64,000 bases of DNA from Eledone cirrhosa (GCA_964016885.1 OZ024750.1:24118001-24182000); one strand, 5' to 3'; counted from the stretch's first letter, positions 1 to 12,903 are shown. Notes: generated by a model not told the origin, from the letters alone. Translations and numbers: made by a program.

Positions 1-548
1 GATGGTGATATAAGTGCATTTATTGGGGATTACAGCTGAAAAGTATCAAGACATTTGTTTTATTTATGTATATTTACACGATAAATGTACCCAGTACACT
101 CTGTAAAGTGATTGTGTGTGTGCGTATGTGTTCATGCGTGCGGAAGGGCATCCAGCTGTACAAAACTTGCCAAAGAAAGAGTTGGAGGACTCTTCAGTTG
201 TGTGAAAGACTTGACAACCTCCTTAGTGTTGGTTCCACAATAAAATGCACTTAGTAGAGTGTAGAAACATTTTTTGTGAGCATGATGCAAGCCCCTGGCA
301 TGCCAAAGCACACAGGAACATATGTGAGTGAGATAGGCCCCTGGCCCATCTGAGAGGGCAGTAGTTAATTATTTGAGGGTCAGCAAAGATTCATAACTCA
401 GTTGAAATATTTTGTTAGATTAAATGTAAATTTTATGTTGTAATCTCTTGTATTTTATTGCCCAATCATTGTGAATCAATATTTTCATAGACTAAATTGT
501 TTTTACATGTCTTTTGCTGTGTGCAATAGTTTTCATTTTTATGATTGC

Positions 549-761
549 TTAACCCTTTAACATTTAAACTGGCTGTATCCGGTCAGAATTCTCTCACCTC
601 TTTCTGTTCAAACTGGCTGTAACCAGCCACTCATACTGATGTTAAGGTATGGTTCTCAAAATAAATATTAAAACCTCATAGGTTCGATATTATGTGAGAT
701 AAAGCCTTTACCATGAAAATATAATAGTATATATAGAGTAATGTAAATGCTAAAGGGTTAA
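549..761. mobile_element. piggyBac-type MITE (~210 bp)
   Basis: TTAA|CCCTTTA(G)CATTTA...TAAATGCTAAAGGG|TTAA; about 20 copies in the window. Confidence 0.88.
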
Positions 762-1310
762 ACTAGTTCAAATTTCCTTCTTGTATAAAATGTATGAAAG
801 TAATTGTCATCTATATTTAACACCATTTTACTAAATTTTGTATAATTTATTAAATTTGTTTGATAATAGAGAATAATGCTAGGGTTTTCATTTGTTTTTT
901 TCGCTTTTGATATAAAAAGAGAACATCTATTTCAGTCAAACCATCAATTTCTCAATTTTGATAATTATATTTTTTATTTATTGTAATTGTAATTCTCAAA
1001 ATGCCACACGATTTAAAGTTTATTAGAATGTAGTTATTTTGCAGACAATATCTGATTTTCAAACAAAAAAACATTAACAATTCACTTTTTTCATGTAACT
1101 ATTTAGTTTGTTCGTCAGTCTTTTTGTTGGAGGGAAAAAATATTTTAAGTTGTCTATTACAAAATTACAAAATATTGAGACATTTTCCACTATCGTTTTA
1201 CACTTTTGAACATACTATGCTTACATCCATTTAGGAAATATGTGAAAATCTAGACATTCACATTATATGAAATATACTCTACCTACTGAGACATATTTTA
1301 TTGATAATGG

Positions 1311-1523
1311 TTAACCCTTTAGAATTTAAACCGAACATATCCGGCCAGAATTTTCTCACCTCTTTCTGTTCAAACTGGCTGTAACTGGCTGCTCATACTT
1401 ATGTTAAGGTATTGTTCTCAAAATAAATATCAAAATCTCGTAGATTTGATATTATGTGAGATAAAGTGTTTACCATGAAAATACAATAGTAAATATAGAG
1501 TAATGTAAATGCTAAATAGTTAA
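1311..1523. mobile_element. piggyBac-type MITE
   Basis: Same family, TTAA flanks. Confidence 0.85.
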
Positions 1524-2153
1524 ACTGCTAGTGGTGTTTGTGCTTATGACTACAATCTGTTGACATGAAAACTCTATCAAAATAGGGATTAAATAATAAA
1601 TACATCCTGAAACAAATAAAATATTGGAATATAACATAAATGATGCAACAGATTTTAAGAATAGATCATACTCCCAGAATCCTGTGTCTCCAATATCAAC
1701 AAAATAGACTATGATGTAACTAGTATTTATGATCTGCCTATTAATTAAAAAAAAATTTTTTTAGAGTGTCTTTAACTAATAATTCATTGCTTATCAGGTT
1801 GAAAAAATATACCATCTTCTCTGATAAACTTTGTAGTGCACCTGAGCACTGTACACAATATTTCATTATTATTATTATTATTTCAAACTTGGGTATTTTT
1901 TGGTAGGAACCGTGTCCAGGTTTTGTATGCTTATCCCTAGCTATACATATAGTCTTTGTTAAGAAGAAAACAAAAGAAATTGATGGGTGTAAAACAACCA
2001 TTGAACTGATGAGGTGTTATACCTTTAATTAAAATATCACTAACTTGTGTGTCAATTTTAATAAAGTAGACTTAGACTTGGGCATTGGTATAGTTTATGT
2101 ACTTTGAAATATTTTTGTTCGGCTTACACATAGTGATATATCCTTCATTTTAG

Positions 2154-2353
2154 TTTCTACCACTGGCATTCCTTCAGCTCCACGTATGTTTGGTCCTGCA
2201 CCAGTGCCTGTGAGCATTCCTACTGCTCCTCCTGCCATGTTGCCTCCACAGTATATTGGGGCTGGGATGATTTATGGAGCCCCACCACCTGGTCCCTATC
2301 AGGTTCCTGTCATGCCTGGTTATCAATCACCACCACCCTCTACTCATTCACAG
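2154..2353 (+). CDS. CASC3: Internal Pro/Tyr-rich coding exon of CASC3/Barentsz-like gene
   Basis: ttttag acceptor ending 2153 and CAG|gtaagt donor. Reads STTGIPSAPRMFGPAPVPV...PPPSTHSQ and joins exon 3417 in phase 0. Confidence 0.7.
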
Positions 2354-2879
2354 GTAAGTTTTTTTTTTTTCTGCTTTGATAATAGGATTTACTTTTTCAA
2401 TTGTATTAGACTCTCTTTATATTATATTTGGGTTTTATTTGTTATTGCAATGCTTTTAAAAATATATTATCAACTGATCATGACTATATGTCAAAATTTG
2501 CTAAGTCTGGTTAAGGGTGCATGGCCTAGTAGTTAGCATGTTAAACTCATGATCATAAGATCCTAGGTTCAATTCCTGGATCAGGCAGTGAGCAATGTAC
2601 TTCATTTCACATTGCTTTTCATGATAGGACTGGGTCACCTATTAAAACACTTGAAAAGCCTCCTATGTGATGCAGCCTCTTATGAGGCCAACTAAAATTG
2701 TATAGGTGTGAGATGTAAAATTTCATTTCATTTCTAATTTTCATTTTCTCAAGTCTAACTGGTTTAATGGGTTATAAATAAATGGCTATGATGGTTTCAG
2801 CATTCAAATAAATATCACAGATTAGTAGCCTTTAATATTTCAGTAAGGTAGTTATTTTAAAAGATTACAATTTTCCACT

Positions 2880-3276
2880 CAAGAAAGAATACTATTGTGA
2901 ATATAAGTGGTCAAAATGGCATTCCTCTGAAGGATCTTTGGAGTAACATTACTTGATGGAGTCTGTAGCTCGGAGATTAGAGCTGCTACTTCTCCGAATT
3001 GAGAAATCACAGCTTCGATACTATGGGCTATGGGCATGTGGTTAGAATGTCTCGGGGAAAGAATCACTGGACAGATTTTATGGGCAAAACCAACCAACAG
3101 GAGACCCAGGAGTAGACTCCGAGCAAGATGGTTGAATAACATCCATGAGCTTGGTTGGTCTTGCTTGGGGATCCAGCTGGATCAGATGGAGACAGTTTCT
3201 TCTGACAGGACCCACTGGAAAGATTGTTTGAGGACTCTGCTCCTACAACCCTCCCAGGCGTAAGTGGGTGAAGATG
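2880..3276 (+). mobile_element. RTE LINE 3' fragment with TSD
   Basis: Degenerate LRYYGHVVRM...RPR.RW; TSD ACAATTTTCCACT at 2867-2879 and 3277-3289. Confidence 0.8.
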
Positions 3277-3416
3277 ACAATTTTCCACTAAGATATCAAA
3301 ATTAAAATTTCTTTTCAGCAATTGTTTCATATTTAATTGCATATATTGTTGTTGTTTTCTCCATATATTGTTGTTGTTTTCTCCATATATTTCTATGATT
3401 TGTTTGCTTCTTACAG

Positions 3417-3542
3417 ACTTCAGCTTTACCAGAAATGTTCAGAGGGGGCACCACTTATTATTCAACTGATTTACAACAACCAAGCCCTAGCCGGTCACCA
3501 GTTCGCAGGCATAAATCAGCTATCCCTATCATTGACCCTCAA
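3417..3542 (+). CDS. CASC3: Coding exon of CASC3/Barentsz-like gene (conserved C-terminal motif)
   Basis: ttacag acceptor, CAA|gtgagt donor, 126 nt. Reads TSALPEMFRGGTTYYSTDLQQPSPSRSPVRRHKSAIPIIDPQ, resembling the GGxTYY...QQ...SP.RR...I motif at the CASC3/MLN51 C-terminus (recalled, not searched). This frame is not in the ORF track. Confidence 0.72.
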
Positions 3543-3897
3543 GTGAGTTTAAGATTACATTTTATAAACCTTTCCTCACAAAGCCATAGAGCCTTATTTA
3601 TATCTTGAGTTCTGTGGCATTAAATATATGATGGAGAACTATTTCCTTAATCTCTTCAGTGCTGTAGATGAGATAACTCGTCCTAACATGTTGGAACTCC
3701 TTTCAAAGCTAGATGGGGGGTTACTAGTTTATTGATGTGACGTTTGTCAATCAAAATAGTCATTTTACTGTAATTACATTACAACCAAGTGTTGTGATGT
3801 ACTTGGGCTTTCTGTCTGTATAAGTTGTGTTTTAATTAAGATTAAAGACTTTTTTTATATAAGTTACATTTGCATACCTTACAGTTAGCAGCTGCAA

Positions 3898-3938
<41 letters not shown>

Positions 3939-4147
3939 TATATATATATATATATAATTGGAAATCAGTAAAATCAAATCTCTGGCGGTTTGCAAGTAAA
4001 TTCGGCCTACATATATATATATCTAAATGAAAATAAAATTAATGTAAGCAAAATGGCAACAATAAGTGACTATACCATCAAGATGAAAAAATATTTAATG
4101 TAAGATGAGGGAAAAGTAATACAATCTTAATTCAAAACAAGTTTTGA

Positions 4148-4209
<62 letters not shown>

Positions 4210-4880
4210 ATGTATTTACAACTACAAATCTTTTTTTTTTATCTTTTACTTTGATTAGATTTTATTTTCATCTGGTAGCTTTATATATATATATATATAT
4301 GTATATATATAAAGATTAAGAAACACCAAAGAGTCAATATGCTTTTCAACTAACATGTTTCAACCGATAGAGCTTCATCTCGTGGATGTGAAGTTACAAA
4401 ATCAGAAATTTCAAAAATTCTTTAAGAAAATTTTTTTCCAAAAACTTATCCAAATTTCCTTATAGTTTTATACTGCGACCATATGGAATAGGTTCAAAAC
4501 CGGCATCATCAGAGTTTATTTGCACAAATTATCAACTTATAATTATATATTAATTACAGAGATGGTGACAACAATATATGGATTATAGGATTTAGTGTTG
4601 TGTGTATGTATGTGTGTGTGTGCACTGGACACTGAGTACAGAAATGATGGCTTCCATCCAATTTTAATGACAGAAAAGTGCATAGAGTTGCAGCTATTGT
4701 GCAATAGGTAGATAATATACTGAAAACTGTCATTTATATAAAATATATTTACAGCGACAAATCCTTTTTTTTTTTATATATCGATTAGATTTTATTTTCA
4801 TTGTTTGCTTGTATCTTTTTAAGAGAATGTTTATTTTTACTTTTTAGTTATTGGAATTTTTTAAAATTTTATTTCTTTAG

Positions 4881-5207
4881 GATGTGAAAACTCAAAACTC
4901 CGAAAGTGCCAACATCTCTACTCCAGGTGAAACTACTACACCTGCTGTGGAGACAAATGTTTCAGAAGCTCCAGAATCTCCTTCTATTGTTGTTGCAGCA
5001 TCAAATGGTAGTCACAGCAAAGATATAACAGTGAACTCATCTTCCACTAGTGATTCAACTTCTACTTCAGCAACAGTAGCTAGTGGTGGGAAAAATATAG
5101 AGGAAATTAATTCTAACCCAATTAACACAGCTCACAAGCAAGTTGAGCTTGCTGAAACATGTACAAATGAACAGACAACACAGCCAATATTAGAGGCTGC
5201 AGCTTAG
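4881..5207 (+). CDS. CASC3: Terminal coding exon (Ser/Thr-rich) of CASC3-like gene
   Basis: tttctttag acceptor ending 4880, in frame DVKTQNSES...LEAAA*. Followed by an A/T-rich 3' UTR with AATAAA near 5763. Confidence 0.65.
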   Translation, partial: DVKTQNSESANISTPGETTTPAVETNVSEAPESPSIVVAASNGSHSKDITVNSSSTSDSTSTSATVASGGKNIEEINSNPINTAHKQVELAETCTNEQTTQPILEAAA

Positions 5208-5825
5208 ATTTTATTACCATCATTATTATATTTTGTGAAATATTTGGACAAGATCAGCTATTGTTTTCTATCAATTGTGCTTTCAGAAAATACAGATTAG
5301 ATTTATACTGGTTCTTTTCACCAGAATTGATCTTTTTTTACAAATTCTGCTCACATATGATGTATTAAAAAAAATAATTATAAAAAACAAATTTCCATTG
5401 TCGGTACACTTGGTGCTTTGTGAACATTTTCTATGAATGGGATGAGAAATGTACACCCCCTTCTGTCAACTAAAATGCTGACATTTCGCTATGTTGGCAG
5501 TGTGTTTGCACCCCAACCCCAGTTACTGATATATTTGCTTGTGCTGATCGTGACTAGTTGTCATTGATCAAAAGATTGTCGTCATTGGTTACCAAATCTT
5601 AAAAACAGAAAATATAAAAAAAAAAATATGCAGAGCGAATCCTTTTCCCTGCTGTTCATTTGTCTATAAAGATTGATATAAACAGCTCAACAGATAACAT
5701 ATTTATTAAAAAAAAATGAAAAAAAAAACACTTGCATTGTCTCTTGTTTGTTTATTTTTGTAAATAAATTTCTCTAAATTTTCAGAAATGAATTTCTTTC
5801 TCAATTGATAAAATTATATTGTGCC

Positions 5826-6041
5826 TTAACCCTTTAGCATTTAAACCGGCCATATTCAGCCAGAATTCTCTCATCTCTTTTAGTTCAAACTAGCCGTAAC
5901 TGGCCACTTATACTGATGTTATAGTATTGTTCTCAAAATAAATAATATCAAAATCTCATAGATTCGATATTATGTGAGATAAAGCCTTTACCGTGAAAAT
6001 ATAATAATAAATATAGAATAATGTAAATGCTAAAGGGTTAA
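5826..6041. mobile_element. piggyBac-type MITE
   Basis: Same family, intact TIRs; partial copy also at 7173-7378. Confidence 0.88.
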
Positions 6042-8335
6042 GGAATAAAATAAGTAATTCTTTAAATTTTTTTATTATGTTATTTATTGTTTATGAAATA
6101 TATATATTAGTAAATTAATTTAGATATTAAATTCCTAAGAAAGGGTAGGTTTGGGGAGTTACAATTATCTACAAATTTTGTCAGGTGAGAATAGTTCTGG
6201 AGACAAAGAAAAAAGAATAAGATATTGGAAAGCTTAATGTTAAATAGACACCGATTTGAGATATAAAGAAATTAATTTGCCTGCCATTCCACTTCAAACT
6301 AGATGCTGTAATTTGTTTCTGCTATGAATTAGTTCTGTTTTTCCATTCTTGCACAGGCTGAACCAAGCATTAAGTGGGCATTAAATGACTGAAAGTATAA
6401 AACTCTCTTGAGGATAGTACACCAGTCTAACACATGGCTTATCCCCAGCTGCTGCTGCTGCTACTCATTTTCAGATGAGAGAACAGGTAAAACATGAAAG
6501 GAAGTACTTTACTCAAAGACACAATACATCGCTTGGACTGGGGATTGAACCTATGGTCTTATAATTGTGAACACAACACCCTAATAACTAGGTCACCTAT
6601 CCTGCTAGAACTAATTGTCTTTCGGAGGTAGAATAACGCAAGCAAAACAATTGATACATGGTTCAAGTCCTAGCAATCGGCCTATTTAACTTTCCTTTCA
6701 AAGATTAATATTTATAATATCTAATATATTAAAATCTAATCAGTTAATTCATATTTGGAAGCTGCTCAACCTATATGCTTTTAAATGTCTTTGATTCGTT
6801 TTACATTCAATGCTACAAAATTGACAAGTAGTTTGTCATTAGCCTAAAGTGCTGAATTCAATAACTCCTCCTGCAGGTCTGAAGAGATCACTCTAATCCT
6901 TCTCCTAATTGTCAACCTCAAATGATTGTTTTGGTTCACCTTACTGTTTAGATGCAAATTCTAATTATTGCTAGTAAGGAGCAAACCATTCCATGTTAAA
7001 TTCCTTGTGACACAGTGAAAATTTTCCCCACTAGTCAGGGCGGGTTTAATCATTAAACAAAATAAACACATGCCTACGATATCAAGAGAAGTGGGCTACT
7101 CTTTTATTCAAATTCTATTTGTCATTCCCAAAAAAGTTTTTTTGCAGATCTTATATATGAAGAAGCACCATAATCTTTTAGACTGGCTGTATCCAGCCAG
7201 AATTCTCTCACCTCTTTCTGTTCAAACCTGCTGTAACCAGCTGTTCATACTGATGTTAAGGTACTGTTCTCAAAATAAATAATATAAAAATCTCATAGAT
7301 TCCATATTATGCACGGTAATGCCTTTACCACAAAAATATAATAGTATATATAGAATAATGTAAATGCTAAAGCGTTAAATGCTTAGGGTGTCAGTAAGAC
7401 TTAATCTGGCTTTGCCATCATTGTCCTATATGAGAATATAGCATAGTTCCTTTGTTTAAAACCAGTCCCTATCCCTTGGGTGCCTTTACACTTTGCTGTA
7501 AGCATTCATACCAAGTCTCTATTCTGAAGATAATTTTCTCCCACCAGCTTTGGAGGCCTTGATTAGAGTCATGAGCACTGACATAATCATTAAAAAAATG
7601 AGGAATCTGAAGATTACTTGAAGCATTGTATATGGTACAAAGAATTCAAAGTTTGAAAGCCATGACTGTGAAATAGACAGATAAATAAACAAGTTGGATG
7701 AAACAAGAAGTGTTTTACCTTTATTTATCTATATTTCCTGATATTAAAAAAAATGTCCATATGAAACGAAGCAAAGTTAGTGGTTGTTGTTGAAAAAAGA
7801 TGTTAAACAAATCAAATACATCAAATTAAAGATATATCTTTAATTCACTTCTTTATAAAGAATATGTGTTTACTGTGCTATGTTCAATTACGAAGTGACA
7901 AGTTGTTTCAGGATGCATAAACCAGTATAGGTAGTAGTAAGCTTGCAGTGCAAACGATCTGTATGATTCTGTGTGTGTGTGTGTAGTTGAAATGGAGATG
8001 GATGAATTGCTGTTGGGCCCTTGTGAAGACGGTCAAAGTGTTTTTGTTAAGTGCTACATCTAATCACTTACTTGAGCACGTCAAAGTGATGCTTCTCTTT
8101 CGAAGAACCAGAAGAAATGAGAGAAAGAAGAACTTAACTTTGCTTTCACCTCAAGCTGCCCGGCCACTCCAGACAAACTGATGTCAACCCAGGTAACAGA
8201 AATGACAGCTAGATGTCAGTTTGGGAAGAGATTTTGCTACACATATATATATATGTATATATCATCACAGTTTATCATCTCATATATATATCTTTTTCTT
8301 TGATCTTTTTCCTGACTGACCCGATTATCAATTGT

Positions 8336-8551
8336 ATAACCCTTTATCATTTAAATTACTTTATATATACTATTATATTTTCGTGGTAAAGTCTTTATCT
8401 CTCATAATATCGAATCTATGAGATATTAATGTTATTTACTTTGAGAACAATACCTTAACATCAGTATGAGTGTCCAGTTACAGCCGGTTTGAACAGTAAG
8501 AAGTGAGAGAATTCTGGCTGGATATGGCCGGTTTAAATGCTAAAGGGTTAA
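8336..8551. mobile_element. piggyBac-type MITE (reverse orientation)
   Basis: Same family. Confidence 0.85.
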
Positions 8552-8855
8552 TGTATTCATTTTTGTTGATGACCATAATTAATTTGTGAGATATATCGAT
8601 AACTTAGGTGTCGTTATTGGCTGATTTGATGATCGTTAAGTTGCTGATCACATTAAATGATTGCCAATTGCCCTGATGAATTTGCTCAATTCTTGCCATC
8701 TCACTACTGAATTCCAGAGAGATATACTCTGAATCTGTTTAAACCCCATTAGCATTGAGTAGGATAATGATTAGCACAATGTTGCATTACTACACATTGC
8801 ATGAATCATCTCGTGGTATTGTGATTTTGTTAACTTATTAATATATATATATAAT

Positions 8856-9185
8856 GGAGGCACATGGCTTAGTGGTTAGAGCATTGGCCTTGCAATCAAA
8901 AGGTTATGAGTTCAATTCTCAGACCAGGTGATGTGTTGTTTCCTTGAGCAAGACACTTTATTTCACATTGCTCCAGTTTACTCAGCTGTAGAAATGAGAT
9001 GATAGGGACTGGGGTCCCTATCATACCACTGCAAAGTGGTCGTGTAGGCGCCACGGAAAAAAAGCACCCAGTAAATGAGGTTGGTGTTAGGAAGGGCATC
9101 CAGCTGTAGAAATCAAGCCAGAATCAGTTCCCGTCCCACCCTTGCAAGCAGGGAAAAGCAGACGTAAAATGAAATGAATGAATGA
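8856..9185 (+). mobile_element. tRNA-derived SINE family S1 (CORE-like body, RTE tail)
   Basis: A box TGGCTTAGTGG, B box GAGTTCAATTC, CCTTGAGCAAGACACTT...CAGCTGTAGAAATG body; tail shared with the LINE end at 29514. Confidence 0.85.
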
Positions 9186-9391
9186 AAATATATATTATAT
9201 CCAGGTAGTGTAACTTGGAGTTACTGTAGGTTCACCTGGGTGAGCACTCGATGTTTAGGTTAGAGCTAGACAGAGTGTCATCATCATCATCATCATCTTA
9301 GTTTAACGTCCATTTTCCATGCTAGCATGGGTTAGATTATAGTAAAATAAAACAAGGACGAGTGGTTACTCCTTCATTACATTTATTGGTT

Positions 9392-9476
9392 GGTGACGCG
9401 CATTTCGCCATTGATCAGCTCAAGGTTCGATCTGTATCGATCTAGCCCGACTCTGTAATCCATGGCTCATCAGACC
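9392..9476 (-). ncRNA. Type I hammerhead ribozyme, extended helix II
   Basis: GGU-CUGAUGA-GCCAU...AUGGC-GAAA-U-GCGC-G-UC-ACC: full core, helix I GGU/ACC, palindromic loop 3, GUC cleavage triplet. Confidence 0.8.
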
Positions 9477-9523
9477 CCTTATAATGGTAATGAAAAAATC
9501 ATTTTTTCATTACCATTATAAGG

Positions 9524-9608
9524 GGTCTGACGAGCTGTGGATTAGAGAGTCGGGCTAGATCGATACAGATCGAACCTTGAGCTGATCAATGGCGAAATGC
9601 GCGTCACC
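9524..9608 (+). ncRNA. Type I hammerhead ribozyme (mirror copy)
   Basis: GGU-CUGACGA-GCUGU...AUGGC-GAAA-UGCGCG-UC-ACC; helix II kept by G-U wobbles. Confidence 0.72.
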
Positions 9609-9667
9609 AACCAATAAATGTAATGAAGGAGTAACCACTTGTCCTTGTTTTATTTTACTATATGTAC

Positions 9668-9702
<35 letters not shown>

Positions 9703-10255
9703 CATATAACTTAACTGCAGGTGAATAGAAAAACTGTATTGTTATTAATCTAGATCAGCGGTCACCAAATGGTGGTCCGCAGAAAAATATGGACATTATT
9801 TGGAATTTTTAACAAAAATAATATTTGGTTAAAATGTTTTTAGAACCCCACTAAAAATGTTTCTCCTCATTAATTAACTAACATCCATGAAAGAATTTTA
9901 CACATATGTATCATCTATTGACAATATGACACATGTATGCTTCAGTATTGTTTCGACCATTGACCATTAATTCATATTAGTGGTCCATGGGATTTAAAAT
10001 TATGAATTTAGTGGTCCGTGTAGAAGGAAAGTGAGAGATGGACTGTGTAGAGGGAAAATATGACAGAAACAGGACATATTTGGGGGGAAATATGTGCATG
10101 GAAAGGGGTGTATTTGTTGGAAATACTGTGTTGGATCACAACATTGGTTTCTTTCTGAAGAATGTAAGTTTGCAGAAACAGTAGACACATGACTATATGT
10201 ATTCAGTACAAAGAAAAAACTAGTTATAAACAATTATTGAATATACGACATGTAC

Positions 10256-10550
10256 CAGGGGTCTCAAACATCCTGTTACGTGTGGCCAGAAAACTACTTT
10301 TCTATGGCCCACCACAGAACGATTTTCATGACTAATTAAGGAAAATTTGAAACAGGAAATTTGTCCCCCTAAATTTTGTACTAACTCACATATCCCACTT
10401 ACTATAATATGTGTATTCATTTTGATGAAAAAAAAGATAAATAACTGCCTATTAGCTTCATTATAACTGGTGGAAATCTTGCCCCCTCCACTCATCTAAT
10501 TTTAGGCCACTGTTCCTCTTCCCCAGGAGTCCTTAAGTTTGAGATCCCTG
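10256..10550. mobile_element. hAT MITE
   Basis: CAGGGGTCTCAAAC...GTTTGAGATCCCTG TIRs; TSD degenerate. Confidence 0.7.
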
Positions 10551-10692
10551 ATATATAATGTAATGAAAATCATAAAAAGAAAGTTTTGTTGAATCTAAGA
10601 AAGATACTGAGATTGCAAGAAGGATCTTTTAACAGATGTGTTATTGAACAATCAAATTACTACCACACAAAAAAATATGAAGATTTAGATAT

Positions 10693-10881
10693 TTAACCCT
10701 TTAGCATTACACTATATTTACTATTGTATTTTTATGGTAAACGCTTTATCTCACATGATATCTCAAATCTATGAGATTTTGATATTATTTATTTTGAGAA
10801 TAAAACCTTAGCATAAGTATGAACAGAAAGAGGTGAGAGAATTCTGGCTGGATACGGCTGGTTTAAATGCTAAAGGGTTAA
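10693..10881. mobile_element. piggyBac-type MITE (reverse, internal deletion)
   Basis: Same family. Confidence 0.85.
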
Positions 10882-11404
10882 ATAGATAAAAGAATTTTCT
10901 TTAAAGTAGCTTGCTAGAAATGTTCTACCTTTTCTTTGAGTAGCATTTGGAGGAATTTAGTAAAATAATTAACTTGTCTGTTATTAAGCTGATGTTTGGA
11001 GATAGCTTAATAAAAAAAAATCTTGCATAAAATTATGATGAAAGGTTTTGATATAAGTATATAAACACTTTAAAAACGTGGAAACAGTTTTGTATTATAA
11101 AAAAAAGGGTTGGTATCAAAACTGTTATAAATTTATATTTTTAAAAAAGGTAGACATATATATTTTTTTCCATCAACACCGGTTGAGTAACTCAGTCTTT
11201 GCAGCACTGATTTTCACTCCAGCCATGCAACACTTGGCATCTAACCTATCAAGTGTACATCAGAAATCACCTGACGAGTTAAGTAATACCATATTGTCTC
11301 CAAATTCCTGCTGACTGATCCTACACCTGCCTGTCGTGATACCACTTCCAACCTGGTATGGTGCCATTGTAGTCACTGGCATTAACAATGATATATATAT
11401 ATGC

Positions 11405-11885
11405 AGAGCACTAAAAGTTGATGGAAGCCATGAAGTGGGGAGACCCAGGAAGACCTGGGACGACGTAATAAAAGTGGATCTTGCCCAATTGCACCCCTCA
11501 ACGGCGATGACACAGGACTGCGACCTCTTGTGTCACTTAGTAATACAGAAGACCCGACTTCCCATGGGAACAAGCTGAAGCATATAGACAATATGCTCCC
11601 ACCCCCTCCCACTGCAAAGTGGTCGTGGAGGTGTTACGGCAAAAAAGCACCCAGCCCACACTGTAAAGTGGACGTGTAGGCACCACAGGAAAAAAGCACC
11701 CAGCACTCACTGTAAATGAGGTTGGTGTTAGGAAGGGCATCCAGCTGTAGAAATCAAGCAAAAATCAGTTCCCGTATGAGCAAGACAAGGTCAGCCAACC
11801 TAACATTGCCCACAACAGGACAACCCATCTAACCCATGCTAGCATGGAAGAATAGATGTAAAACGGTGATGATTATGATGATGAT
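11405..11885 (+). mobile_element. RTE LINE 3' end with long 3' UTR (family A)
   Basis: GRPRKTWDDVIKVDL ORF end, then a UTR containing 48-bp units and the CCATGCTAGCATGG...(GAT)n tail; second copy at 57680-58072. Confidence 0.7.
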
Positions 11886-12719
11886 ATCAATCAGGATGGA
11901 GTCAGTTTGAAACTGGTTAGACCCTTACTCAACAGAGTGCTCAATACTTGGGGTAGTAGAGTGTGGTTATATTATAAAGATTCGGGACCTGTCAACTGAG
12001 CTCTTACTGTCAACAGCTAGTTCCAGACTGGAACTAACTGTTGAAATGGCAAGAGTTCAGCCATCGGGTCCTGAGTCTTTATAATATATAAGGCACATTG
12101 GAGTTACCCACTAATAATTTGAAGCCAGCTAACATTCAAAAAGATTAAACTGGATTAAATTACACAAAATTCACCTTGTACATTAACTTATTCCATTATG
12201 CAAAACCTGGAAGATTTAAAATACTTTTAGCATTGCTTGGCCTCATATTAAGGGATAATGAAAAATAGTAAATGAATTTATTTCACTCCATAAATAATGA
12301 AGCCCAAGAACAATTTGTTTTGTTTTTGTTTATTTTTTTGAGGGGATGCGATTTTATTGTAAGCAAACATAACCATAAAAATTAGTGACTATATATATAT
12401 TTTTTCATTTTGGTCTGTGCTGGCTAACCGAATACTTCCTATCTAATACCCAACTTTTATGAGCTTATTTGGTGTTTTTTTTTTATGTTAGGCCGTGTTA
12501 GCTCTTGATATATTTAAACATCTCTGCCGTCTATTAGGTTACTGGATTTTTCTATAAAAGCAAAAGATTTACATTTGGAGAGACTATGGCTTAGATATAT
12601 TTAATAAAAGAAAAGAAAGATTGGATAATAATTTATCTAAGAGCGACAACTTCGACCTTAAAGAATACACAATTAATTACGTCCCTTTATTTGCCAATAC
12701 GAAACTAACTGTTAGAAGA

Positions 12720-12736
12720 GACAACTTCCGGTTTGA
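12720..12736. promoter_or_regulatory. ETS/GABP-type site upstream of NDUFB3
   Basis: ACTTCCGGT (ACCGGAAGT on minus) about 55 bp upstream of the ATG; typical of nuclear respiratory-chain gene promoters. Confidence 0.4.
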
Positions 12737-12784
12737 AAGACAAACTGTTTGCAGAAGGTCAAGCATCTAAACTATAATAAAGTA

Positions 12785-12903
12785 ATGGGAGGTGAGAAAT
12801 TTGTAGTCCCTGACTGGAGACAATATAAAGTAGAAGATGCACCACGATTACAAATTTTAGAGAGGAGACTAGCCTCCCATGGCCTAAAAGACCCATGGAT
12901 TCG
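12785..12903 (+). CDS. NDUFB3: NADH dehydrogenase 1 beta subcomplex subunit 3 (B12), coding exon 1
   Basis: MGGEKFVVPDWRQYKVEDAPRLQILERRLASHGLKDPWI(R), donor CG|gtaggt. PDW..YK and GLKDPW.RNE.WRY are NDUFB3 signatures. Confidence 0.93.

Larger units (their letters stand above)
9338..9662. mobile_element. 325-bp fold-back element (PLE-derived) with a hammerhead on each arm
   Basis: 162-bp arms around c9500 with few mismatches; adjoins (TA)n. Confidence 0.8.

Noticed and set aside
2004-2024. CTGATGAG followed by a short stem (also CTGATGA at 8674 and minus at about 4505)
   Set aside because: No GAAA or helix III follows; expected by chance.
7036-7413. Possible hAT-type MITE (CAGGGCGGGTTTAA...TTAATCTGGCTTTG) around a piggyBac MITE
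   Set aside because: TIR match is weak and no TSD was seen.
7987-8192. Exon-like segment with AG/GT boundaries
   Set aside because: No frame gives a recognisable protein, and stops occur; a non-coding exon cannot be supported from sequence alone.
8856-8930. tRNA-like sequence with a GCA anticodon-like loop
   Set aside because: It is the head of a multi-copy SINE and lacks a proper acceptor stem; not a tRNA gene.
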